Of a DNA stretch of 61,545 nucleotides, positions 51,251 to 61,545 are shown piece after piece. This DNA comes from Rhynchobatus australiae. Its lineage: Eukaryota. Position 1 is the first letter of the stretch, and each line of letters starts with the position of its first letter. The DNA lies in assembly GCA_034780895.1 (NCBI GenBank), contig JAUZTB010000064.1, forward strand, positions 56,590,563 to 56,652,107, in the 5' to 3' direction. Under the pieces are notes generated by a model that saw only the letters and a list, made by a program, of their open reading frames with translations, did not search any database and had not been told where the DNA came from. Position numbers and translations under genes: made by a program.

Positions 51251-52384
51251 ATAACCTACTCTAGCACGAGTGGGAGTGAAAATTAATGGGGCACAAGAAT
51301 ACAAGCATTTTATGTTGAAGGCTTCTGACACTTCAGGTTTGGGAGCTATTATGGAGGGATGGGATAGCACTTCCTGGAGAACATGAATGTAGACCTTGCC
51401 ACTTGATTTCCCAATGCATTTAAAAAGCTGTCACACTCAATTTAGGGCACAAAAGCTAAGGTTAAAATTGATTTTATACATTTCTTCCTAGTTTGTACTT
51501 TTTGAGTGCATTTATTGAAATTGAACTTTTTGCAGTCTATTGTAATAATCCACCTAATGGGGACACTGAGTTACTTGTAAAAGTTAAAATTCCCCAAATA
51601 GTTTCATAGTTAAAACTTCATTGCACAGTGCAGAATGAATAACCAAGCTGTTTTATCTTGAAAAGTACCTATTTAGCTAATGATCTGTACATGCAATTGA
51701 TTTNNNNNNNNNNNNNNNNNNNNNNNNNNNNNNNNNNNNNNNNNNNNNNNNNNNNNNNNNNNNNNNNNNNNNNNNNNNNNNNNNNNNNNNNNNNNNNNNN
51801 NNNATCTCGCATCATTTGGATAAAATGATTTTATTTGTCCTGCCTGACAGAAATACAGTGTTTCAATAAAGTGATTGACATTTAGCCTGATCCTAGTTTT
51901 TAACTAAAAACCTGTTATCAAATTAATATTTTTGTAAGTGGTTGATGTTGTCTGCTGTTTGGGAACACACAGCATCTACAACATGAGTAGCTTTACTCTC
52001 GCTATTTTTTGTCATCATAGAGCAATAAACCTATTGGTTGTAATAATACGTTCACAACTTATAAAACAGACAGTAAATGTATAAATAATAACTTTAAATT
52101 TGATGTTATGTTCAATATCCTTTGTGATGAAAACCCAGAAAAATATCTTTCACCCGCATCATTCTCAACAAGACCAGTGCTGTTTTGATCCATGGAAATT
52201 CTACCTTGATCCTCACTCAACACAAAGAGAAATTTGCATAAAATGCAGTCTGCATTTTTAATTTTCCTTAAATTGCAAAATAATAATAACCTGTCATGAT
52301 ATTAAATAGCTTTGCACTTAACCCCAGAGAGAAAAAAAATCAAGCTGCTACGTCAGCAGAACTGGTTCTAATCCTGTGTACCCT

Positions 52385-52525
52385 TTCTATTCAACTCACA
52401 CCATGTGACATCAAGAAAAGGCTGAGAGCACTGTATAGGGAAAAAGCTTTACGAACAGACAACGTCACAGCAGTAGTGAAGATTTGCACTCCAGAACTAA
52501 CTATGCCTCAAGCCAAGCTCTCCCA
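52385..52525 (+). mobile_element. Short LINE ORF2 fragment
   Basis: IQLTPCDIKKRLRALYREKALRTDNVTAVVKICTPELTMPQAKL corresponds to KAxGPDxIPAxVLKxCAPELAxPLAKL. Confidence 0.75.
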
Positions 52526-53106
52526 CCATCAGCATTAGCCACATTTTCTGAACATGTTACTTTATATGAATCCCTCTGGTGTTTCAGCAAGATGACATAG
52601 TACTTTTAAAAAGGGTGTCTATAGTTATTCCCTACCTATTCTACCTGTGAATGTACCCGTGATTAAGTAAAGGATGAGTGACAGAGCAGGATGACATTAG
52701 TAAATCCTTCGTTGCTTAGTTTAAAAAGGTGTTGAATATCTATCGAATTCTGACTAAGTGTTGGGGAGTATTTGTTCCAAATTGGTTCATGCAAAACACA
52801 GGGCAAAGCAAGTGGAGATAGAGCACGAGCGTTGGCTTTGCTAATTACTGGGATCATTTGTGCTGTCATTTCAAGATGAGGTCTAATTCTCTGTTTAGGT
52901 TGGGTGTTTAGCAAAATTATAGGTGAAGAGCTGGCTGAAGTCCAAGGTGTCTGTGAGAATTGACATGAAACCCACAAAACAGAGGAATATACCATTTTCG
53001 TGAAACAGAAACTTGGTCTGGGCCAAACCAAACAAGCATAAATAATTTTAATATTTTTACCTATTACTGTGCCTGTCAATAGTTTATAACATTTTAAAAT
53101 ATGATT

Positions 53107-53170
53107 GAGTCATAGATTTGTACAGCTCAGAAACAGGACATTTGGTTCACCATGTCCATGGCGACCATTG
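53107..53170 (-). mobile_element. HER1/HE1 3' tail fragment
   Basis: gagtcatagatttgtacagctcagaaacagg..tccatggcgacc. Confidence 0.6.
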
Positions 53171-53353
53171 TATTTGTGCATATTTGAAAGCAAATGCAAT
53201 GGATGCTAGGAATCTGAAGTGGAAACAGAAAGTGCCGAAAATACTCAATGTCAGCCAGCATCTGTAGACAGAAGATTAGGATTGACATTCCAGGTAGATA
53301 ACCTTTTATCAGAAAATATACCCATGGCCAGATTATGAATAATTCAATATAAA

Positions 53354-53438
53354 GCAGGTACGGTTGTGTGGCGGATAGCATAACACTATTACAGCACCAG
53401 TGACTGGGTTCAATTCCGGCCACTGTCTGTAAGGAGTT
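53354..53438 (+). mobile_element. V-SINE tRNA-like head, truncated by a gap
   Basis: ctattacagcaccagtgactgggttcaattccggccactgtctgtaaggagtt matches the heads at 24224 and 29370. Confidence 0.85.
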
Positions 53439-54039
53439 NNNNNNNNNNNNNNNNNNNNNNNNNNNNNNNNNNNNNNNNNNNNNNNNNNNNNNNNNNNNNN
53501 NNNNNNNNNNNNNNNNNNNNNNNNNNNNNNNNNNNNNNNNNNNNNNNNNNNNNNNNNNNNNNNNNNNNNNNNNNNNNNNNNNNNNNNNNNNNNNNNNNNN
53601 NNNNNNNNNNNNNNNNNNNNNNNNNNNNNNNNNNNNNNNNNNNNNNNNNNNNNNNNNNNNNNNNNNNNNNNNNNNNNNNNNNNNNNNNNNNNNNNNNNNN
53701 NNNNNNNNNNNNNNNNNNNNNNNNNNNNNNNNNNNNNNNNNNNNNNNNNNNNNNNNNNNNNNNNNNNNNNNNNNNNNNNNNNNNNNNNNNNNNNNNNNNN
53801 NNNNNNNNNNNNNNNNNNNNNNNNNNNNNNNNNNNNNNNNNNNNNNNNNNNNNNNNNNNNNNNNNNNNNNNNNNNNNNNNNNNNNNNNNNNNNNNNNNNN
53901 NNNNNNNNNNNNNNNNNNNNNNNNNNNNNNNNNNNNNNNNNNNNNNNNNNNNNNNNNNNNNNNNNNNNNNNNNNNNNNNNNNNNNNNNNNNNNNNNNNNN
54001 NNNNNNNNNNNNNNNNNNNNNNNNNNNNNNNNNNNNNGT

Positions 54040-54180
54040 GTCTGTGCTGATAATGATGCCTCTCTAAATTAATCCCACCTGTTTACATATTGTCTATATC
54101 CCTCCATTCCCTGTCTGTTCATGTGCCTATCTAAATTCCCCTAAAAATGTTTCTATAGTATCTGCTCTCTCAAAGGAGAG
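54040..54180 (-). mobile_element. HER1-like CR1 3' fragment
   Basis: tatccctccattccctgtctgttcatgtgcctatctaa is the reverse complement of 60714-60750-like sequence. Confidence 0.7.
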
Positions 54181-54189
54181 GGTTAACCA

Positions 54190-54440
54190 CTTTGGAATCA
54201 GATATTTTGTTAATTGGAGGTTTGTAATCCTTTGGAATTCTCTATCCCAGAGGCCTGTGCATGCCCAATGTTTCAGCAGATTCAAGACTGAGACTGATCA
54301 TTTTCTGGACACTAAGCGAACCAGAAAACTTGGGGATCAGGTCAGAGAAAGGTTTTAGGAAGCTGGATCAATTGTGATCGTTGGGATGGCAGTGAAGGCA
54401 AAGGAGCTATGTGTCCTATTGTTGTTTTCATTACTTATAC
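54190..54440 (+). mobile_element. CR1 3' end
   Basis: LWNSLSQRPV...RFKTETDHFL motif followed by the 3' UTR. Confidence 0.7.
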
Positions 54441-54467
54441 TTTTATTTCTTGTAAAATACAAAGCAC

Positions 54468-54604
54468 CTGTACTTGTGGAACATTTATTTTGCACAATTG
54501 CACAACCGTCCATGGTGTAGCCCCTATTGTATAGCATGCCGGATCTAGCAATTGCAGATTTGGAAATCATCCATCTAGCTGCCAATGCTTCCACATGAGA
54601 AAAG
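54468..54604 (-). other. Candidate unassigned exon (137 nt, phase 2-1)
   Basis: Strong acceptor cttctgtatcttcatttaccttacag| and donor CAG|gtgctt. One open frame, FSHVEALAARWMISKSAIARSGMLYNRGYTMDGCAIVQNKCSTST, with no homologue recognised. Confidence 0.3.
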
Positions 54605-55944
54605 CTGTAAGGTAAATGAAGATACAGAAGATTGCTCTTCTGCCCAGCAGTGCTCTAAACTTACCTCTTCAGAGAACAATTCCACTATCTTGTTGACAGC
54701 CTTATTGCAAATCAAATTCAAACAAGGCAGAAGGACTGTTGCCAGAGGCTTCCCTGACAGCTCCAGATGTAGTCTGGCTTGGCCTCAGGAGTCCAATGAC
54801 ACAAGAAGCCATCATGTTGCCATTGGTTACCATGCTCCTTAGCTTCTTGCTGCAGGCTTATTTGCATCTTCGCTTTTGAAAGTGAAACTCTATTCCTAAC
54901 ATTGAAATGTCATTTTCTTTATGAATGTTATTGAATGTTATGTTATAAATAAACTTTTTTGAGAATCTGAGAGATTTGGAACATAGTTATTCAGTGAATC
55001 ATTTTTTATATACATGTTGTTCACTAATTCACTCACAGAGCCCATATAACCAGCTTGCTGACTACATAATTAGTGCTTAAAGCATTGATAATTATCCAAT
55101 ACTAATTCCAGACTGGGGAAGGAGGGTGGGAGACGATGATTGCAGCTGGCATAAGTGCTTCAATATTTTAATATCTTGAGCTTTTCAGTGATAGCTACAT
55201 TGCCCAATAAGAAGCATGATCAGGATAATGCTGACTGCTCAATGTGGTAAAAGGGCTGAAACAGAAGATTCATTGTATGCAAAGGCCCTTTCAACTTGCA
55301 ACAGTGGATGAGGAATAGGAATGGACTGAAGTTAGTGGTGAGGAAGAATAAATTGGCTTTATTCTTCCTGAGGTCTTAACTGAAGGAAACTATTACTTAT
55401 CCAAGACGGTGGTAATACAAATGTCAAGAAATTTCTGGCTAGGTGCTTTCAGCAAGCATGTGAAAGCTGCTGAGGGAAGAGGATGGAGCAAGGATAAGGG
55501 ACAGGAAAGAAAGCTATTGCTGAAGATGCCAAAGCTATGATTAGATAGAGAAGTAGAAGCAAATGAGGGCACTTGGTTTGACAATACAGGCAAGGCATGC
55601 CAACCGTGCCAAAGGCTGAACAGAGCTCATGGAGCACAAGGAGAAGGTATAGTGCATCACCGTCAAAGTGGCAGCAAAACATAGTTTGGGTAAGGCTGAA
55701 ATTTAGGAGATCATATGTAGGTTAGGGATGCAATAAGACTGAAAGAATAAAGGAACATTTTGTGCATTGTTTTTGAATTATTTTTGGAAAATAAAAGGAA
55801 TATTTACATTTTGATAACATTGCATATTATTCAGTGATATTTCAAATATTTTGTATTTAATGAATTTTGGAGAAAGAAAATGAAATAATTGTCAGTGTGT
55901 CTTGTGCATATGTTGCCTTGCCAAGATCAAATCCTTGTGATGTC

Positions 55945-56271
55945 ACAGGAACTTAAGAAATAAGGGCAGGTGTAAGCTATTTAGCTCCTTTAACCTGCTC
56001 CATGATCAATAAGACTGTGGCTGATCTGACTGTTAGCTATAACTTCCCCGTTGATTCCAATAACTCTTGATTCCCAAATATTCCAAAATCCTGCCGTTTC
56101 ATCTTTGAGCATAAGTAACAACTCAGCATCCACAGCTTTCTAAGCTGGAAACTAGCAAAGATTCAAAATCCTCTGAGAGAAGATATTTCCTCCACATTTG
56201 TCTAAAATGGCGTTTCTTTATCCTGAGGCTAAGCCATCTAGTTGTGAATTCCTTCACCAAAGGGAAATCCT
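55945..56271 (-). mobile_element. CR1 3' end, truncated by a gap
   Basis: aagaaataagggcaggtgtaagctatttagctcctttaacctgctcc...aataagactgtggctgatctg is the reverse-complement CR1 tail. Confidence 0.75.
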
Positions 56272-56431
56272 NNNNNNNNNNNNNNNNNNNNNNNNNNNNN
56301 NNNNNNNNNNNNNNNNNNNNNNNNNNNNNNNNNNNNNNNNNNNNNNNNNNNNNNNNNNNNNNNNNNNNNNNNNNNNNNNNNNNNNNNNNNNNNNNNNNNN
56401 NNNNNNNNNNNNNNNNNNNNNNNGATAGTTT

Positions 56432-56615
56432 GAAAAATAAGAAACTACAGATGCTAAAAATCTGAAATACAAATAGAAAATGCTAGAAACACTGAGGTCA
56501 TCAACATCTGTGAAGAGAGGAACAGACTGATGAAGTGTCTTTATCCTGAAACATTAACTCTCTTTCTCTTTCTACAGATACTGCTTGACCTCCTAAGTGT
56601 TTCCACGATTCTTTG
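56432..56615. mobile_element. Short palindromic Penelope-derived element
   Basis: gaaacactgaggtcatcaacatctgtgaagagag pairs with ctctttctacagatactgcttgacctcctaagtgtttc. Confidence 0.6.
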
Positions 56616-56754
56616 GTGAAGTTAGTTTATTTCATTTTATTATTATATGCAAACATCACATATCATGATGTAACCCAGGACACCATGTGTGATTAATTTT
56701 AAATAGTTGGTATGGTTTGCTGATGCTATGAGTTAATTGCATGACATTACTTAG

Positions 56755-58130
56755 GACACAGAGCAGAAAACAGGCTATTCTGCTTATCCAGATCATGCTG
56801 ATGTTATGATCCTTTCAAGTCTACTTCCATCTTTCCTCATGTAAATTTATCAGTGCAACCCACTACTCCCTTCCTTGTATATGTGTCGAACCGCCCCCTC
56901 CAATGTAAACTAGTGTGTCAACCATTCCCTGTAGTAGTAAATCTCACCTCTTTTTGGGTAAAGAAATCTCTTCTCGGTTCCCTAATGACTATCTTTCAAC
57001 AATTCCTCTAGTATGTTTTCTCCCCACAAGCAGAAATATTTCCTCTAAATCCATTCATTCAGAACCTTTCATAACTTTAAAGACCTCTATTAGGTCATCC
57101 CTTTGCCAACTTTTCTCAGGAGAAAAGCAACCCATACTTTGTTCATGCTGTCCAGATATTTATGCCCTTAAGCTACTGATAACAACTTTGTAAATCTTGT
57201 GAGCATCTTCTCCTGTCCCTGCATGTCCTTTTTATGATATATTGGCCAGAAATATACTCTTCACTCTAAATGTGGTCTAACTGAGGGTCAATACGTAACT
57301 TAGCACAGTTTACTCGCATTTCAATTAGAGTCATAGAGTTAAACAGCTTGGAAATAGACACTTTGACCTGACTCATCCATGTCAACCAAGATGCCTATTT
57401 AAGCTAGTCCCATTTGCTTGTGTTTGGCTCATCTCCCTCTGATTCTTTCCGATCTGTGTACTGGCAGCTCGTTCCACATAACCAGCAACCTCAGTGTGGA
57501 AAAACTTACCCCTTTAATTCCCTTTAAATCTCTCCCATCTCACCTAATACCTATGCCCTCTAGTTTTAGATTATAACTATCTACCCAATCTATGCCTCAC
57601 ATGGTTGTAAGGTCCCCCTGAGCTGCTCCGCTCCAGGGAAAACAGTCCCAGCCTATCCAATTTCTCCTTGTAACTCAAGCCCTCCAGTCCATTTCTGCTC
57701 CTCTGGAAATAAATCCATTCTTCTTTGCTTCCATTTTAGTTTGCTTTTTTACTTTTAGGTTTTTACTAACTTCTCTTGTATTCTGAGATTGCCTTGTTCC
57801 TCAACTTNNNNCACCATGACTCATACCAATCAAGCATTAAATGACCTTTATGTTCTTCCTTCCAAAACGTATACCTTGCATTCTGTGTTGAACTGCAGTT
57901 GCCAATTATTTGCCAATTATGCAAATGTATTAATGTCCTCCTGAAATTTGTTGTGGCCCTCCTGACTAGATTTCCTGTCCCAATTGGGTACCATCCACAC
58001 ATTTAGAAATGTAATGCAGATGGGATTAATGTTTACTTTTTATATTTGCACCAAATTTGAAGATTACATACCTCTTGCTTTTCTCTCTTTTTGGGTATGG
58101 ATGCTGCCTTCCTTTCTGAGGCTTACGTTC
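56755..58130 (-). mobile_element. Older CR1 3' portion interrupted by a HER1-like insertion
   Basis: cctttcataactttaaagacctctattaggtcatccct is the reverse complement of RDDLIEVFKVMKG. Continues beyond 57690 toward a degenerate TSQEG/GVPQG region. Confidence 0.7.
57325..57690 (-). mobile_element. HER1-like CR1 3' end
   Basis: agagtcatagagttaaacagc tail, and ctccagggaaaacagtcccagcctatcc is the reverse complement of DRLGLFSLE. Confidence 0.8.
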
Positions 58131-58939
58131 TGTAGTTCCAGTCAAATGTACATGACACTGGTCCAGTATCATCTGTCATGGAATTAGGTGTTTAAACAAT
58201 AGCTATTCTTCAGAAAGTCTGATCCCATTTATGTACTGAATGTTATTGATTTAGAGGTGAGTAAAGCTTAAAAGTGATGTAATGAAAAAAAAACTTGCTT
58301 TGAGAGGCTACAAGAAACTATGGCAGAATAACAGAAATAAATGAACATTCTTTGTTTTGAAACTCTAAAGATTATTCATTTAAATAGCTCTGGCAGTTTA
58401 CTCCTGTGCAATGTTAGACTAGGACAGTTGTTTTAATGCACTAGAGTATAAATCGATTTGCTTGTACTGNNNNNNNNNNNNNNNNNNNNNNNNNNNNNNN
58501 NNNNNNNNNNNNNNNNNNNNNNNNNNNNNNNNNNNNNNNNNNNNNNNNNNNNNNNNNNNNNNNNNNNNNNNNNNNNNNNNNNNNNNNNNNNNNNNNNNNN
58601 NNNNNNNNNNNNNNNNNNNNNNNNNNNNNNNNNNNNNNNNNNNNNNNNNNNNNNNNNNNNNNNNNNNNNNNNNNNNNNNNNNNNNNNNNNNNNNNNNNNN
58701 NNNNNNNNNNNNNNNNNNNNNNNNNNNNNGAGGCCATTTGGACTATCCTGTCCATGCTTGTCGAAAAATAGATACGTAGCATTGTACCATTTCCAGTACT
58801 TGGTCCATAGTCCTGTAGATCATGAATCTTTAAAGTACCTTATAAGTGTGACATGGATTGCACTACTGTAACAAGGACCACAAAGTACTGGAGAGATGAT
58901 TCCACAAAGTCCTCTCAATTCATTGACAGGACAGGTGAA

Positions 58940-59330
58940 TTGATATCAGGGTCTTCCACCAGGCCAACTTCCCCACCACTGAGGCTCTAATTATACTCAA
59001 TCAGTTTTAATGGGCAGGGCCCATTGTTCACAGGCCTTACACCAGACTCTCTAAACAGTTGTTCTATTTAAAGGTCTGAGGCAGTAAGAGTCCGCAGGTG
59101 GAGAGAAGAAAGGGTTCATGAATGTTCTCAAAGCCTCTTTGGGCAGAAGTGAAACTTTCCCACCAACTTGTCAGAATCCCTGGTTGATGACGGAGATAGA
59201 GAAGGAGCATTTTGGCATGGCAGTGAGAATCTCAAGACCATCTATTGGAAGCATACATAAGAAGCCCCAGGATAAATAATAGAAGGAGAAGATCATCTCC
59301 TCAATTACCCATCTGTATTTCTCTTCAACC
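58940..59330 (+). mobile_element. RTE-clade LINE 3' end
   Basis: EALIILNQF*WAG..PYTRLSKQLFY...RKGFMNVLKASL corresponds to QLRWAGHxxRMPDxRLPKQLFY..RKRFKDxLKASL. Confidence 0.75.
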
Positions 59331-59814
59331 ACTATAATTAAACTATATGTGAATAATGCTTCTTGTTAATATTGATTTAAATAATTTAGTACTGAGGTAA
59401 CATTATTTTATACTTCACAAAAAAACTATCCTTTTAGCATTTTATTCAGAGACATTACAGTGGTCAATGGGCAACACAAATTGGACATCTTAAATGCATG
59501 TACTGAAAATATGAAATAAAAGTGCTTGAAATTTACCATCTGACCTAGAAAGACTGCTGTCTGCCATTCAATTTTATTCAAATAGATTAACAAATTGTTA
59601 TGGAATATAAATAATCCAACTGCCTGCCTTTTTGCAAGGTCTAAATTCTCTCATTGCAAATTATGATTTGCCGATACAAATGCACTTCCTCTATTCAGGA
59701 GAAACTTGATTTACTGGAATGATCAGGTAGGGCCGCTTTCTATTGTAGTTGTGCCTTTGGTTGATGATGGGGCCTCATGAGTATGTGGCCAATCATCTTT
59801 TTAAGGTAGCACGC

Positions 59815-60865
59815 TTACTAACGATTGACTTTTCGAGGGGGTGATGAAGGTGATTGATGAAGGTAGAGCTGTGAATGTTGTCAACATGGATTTTAGTAAG
59901 GCTTTTGATGAGATCCCTCATGGTAGGCTCATCCAGAAGATTAAAATGCATGTGATCCACAATGGCTTGGCCATTTAGATTCAGAAATGGATGCCCATAG
60001 AAGGCAGAGGGTAGTGGTCAATGGTATTTATTCTAGGTAGAGGTCTGTGACTAGTAGTGTTCTGCAGGGATCTATTACTAGGATCTCTGCCGTTTGTGAT
60101 GTGTGTTTATGTATTTTATATACACACACACACCCTTAACAGCACTGAGGTACAGAGGGATTTTGGGGTCCAAGTCCATAGTTCCCTGAAAATGGCTGCA
60201 CAGTTTGATAGGGTGGTAAAGAAGGCATATGGCATGCTCCTCTTTTATAATAGAGGCATTGAGTTCAAGAGTCAGGAAGTTATGTTGCAGTTTTACAAAA
60301 GTTCAGTTAGACTATCTCTGGAATATTGCATTCAGTTCTGGTTGCCCCAATATAGGAAGCTTGTGGAGGCTTTGGACAGGGTGCAGAAGAGGTTTATCAA
60401 AATGCTGCCTGGATTAGAGAGCATGTGCTATAAAGAGAGTTTGGACAAATTTGGGTTGTTTTCTCTGGAGCAGCAGAGGCTGAGGGGAGACCTGATAGAA
60501 GTTTATAAGATTATGAGAGGTGTAGATAGTCAGATTCTTTTTCCCAGTGTCAAAATTTGTAATATTAAAGGGCATGCATTTAAGGTGAAAGGGAGTAAAT
60601 TCAAAGGAGATGTATGGGGCAAGTTTTATTACACAGAGAATGGTGGGTGCCTGGAATGCACTGCCAGTGGTGGTAGGGGAGGCAAATATGATCGAGGCTT
60701 TCAAGAGGCTCTTAGATAGGCACAATTATGTGCAGAGAATGGAGGGATATGGACATTGTGTTGGCAGAAAAGATTAGTTTAGTTATGCATTTAATATTCA
60801 GCTTAATTAGTTTTGCACAACATCGTGGGCTGAAGGGCCTGTTCCTTTGCTGTACTGTTCGATGA
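59815..60865 (+). mobile_element. HER1-like CR1 LINE 3' half with an internal deletion
   Basis: MDFSKAFDEIPHGRL, then ORF 60057-60719 LEYCIQFWLPQYRK..RVQKRFIKMLPGL..FSLEQQRLRGDLIEVYK, with tail gggctgaagggcctgttcc. Confidence 0.92.
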
Positions 60866-61545
60866 AATGTATGAAAGTGAAAATAGCTATATGTACTCTG
60901 TATCTGAAATTTGGTTCCTTTAAATCAATAGAACTGAATTTCAGAAATAGAGTATAACACATAGCTACTACAATATTAAGCAATTAAAATCGACAACATT
61001 CTTCTTAAAATCCTGTTTATTCAGTTATGAATTTTGCACTAATATTTAACACTGAAACAGTATATTATTTCATCATGTTTCATTTTCCATATAAGTATTT
61101 GTTATTTTGTTTATTATGATATCCATCTCCAGACTTAAATGTTAATTTGATAGCTACAATTTGTTGCTTGTGGCAATTGCAGTTGATACATTCAGTGCCA
61201 CTATCCTATATTGTTAAAAATATTTTTAAGGGTTGACAAGATTTGATTGGGTACACGCTCCTAAAGAATTTGTTTTGGTGATCAGTAATTTGAGCTTTGA
61301 GCTTTTAGCTTTTAAAAAAAACATGGTCCTACTTTCAATGGTAAATTTAACCTAACTCATCCAGTGGAAAACTAGTATAATCAGATTGTTCAATTTTACT
61401 TTTCATTGACTAAGTAATCATCTCTGAACTAGGAAAATGGATTGGGATCATGAAGGGAGGAGAAAAGTGCAGGCACTAGTGTGAATGATTTGACAGGAAT
61501 TCTGAACAGAGGAATGTTATTTTTTGGCTCTGATGGGGATGGGTG

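Noticed and set aside
2173-58871. Long ORFs consisting mostly of X (e.g. 11735-12511, 18979-19638, 30137-30909)
   Set aside because: Artefacts of N-runs lacking stop codons.

Overview
AT-rich, repeat-dense vertebrate genomic DNA from a gappy draft assembly. The repeat repertoire points to a cartilaginous fish, probably a shark or ray: HER1-like CR1 LINEs, HE1/V-SINEs, a DeuSINE, Penelope, Rex1/Babar, RTE, L2 and L1. This assignment comes from recalled family motifs, not from a database search. Most of the window is intronic or intergenic sequence filled with decayed retroelement fragments, and nearly all listed ORFs are TE remnants, N-runs or noise. The only host-gene sequence I can recognise is a pair of intact, phase-0, GT-AG exons (38715-38993 and 39341-39397) homologous to the Z-disc region of titin just upstream of Ig domain Z3. 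I found no other titin exon in the 38 kb upstream or the 22 kb downstream. The block carrying them lies between two unsized 100-N gaps, so it is a misplaced contig, a partial titin duplicate, or a titin gene with very large introns. Other notable structure includes a TSD-flanked L1 with ORF1, two ~1 kb long-inverted-repeat (foldback/MITE-like) elements, nested insertions, V-SINEs with different tails, and two unassigned exon-like segments on the minus strand. There are no prokaryotic-type systems, CRISPR arrays, rRNA or genuine tRNA genes, and I found no convincing new biological system. Repeat boundaries are approximate.
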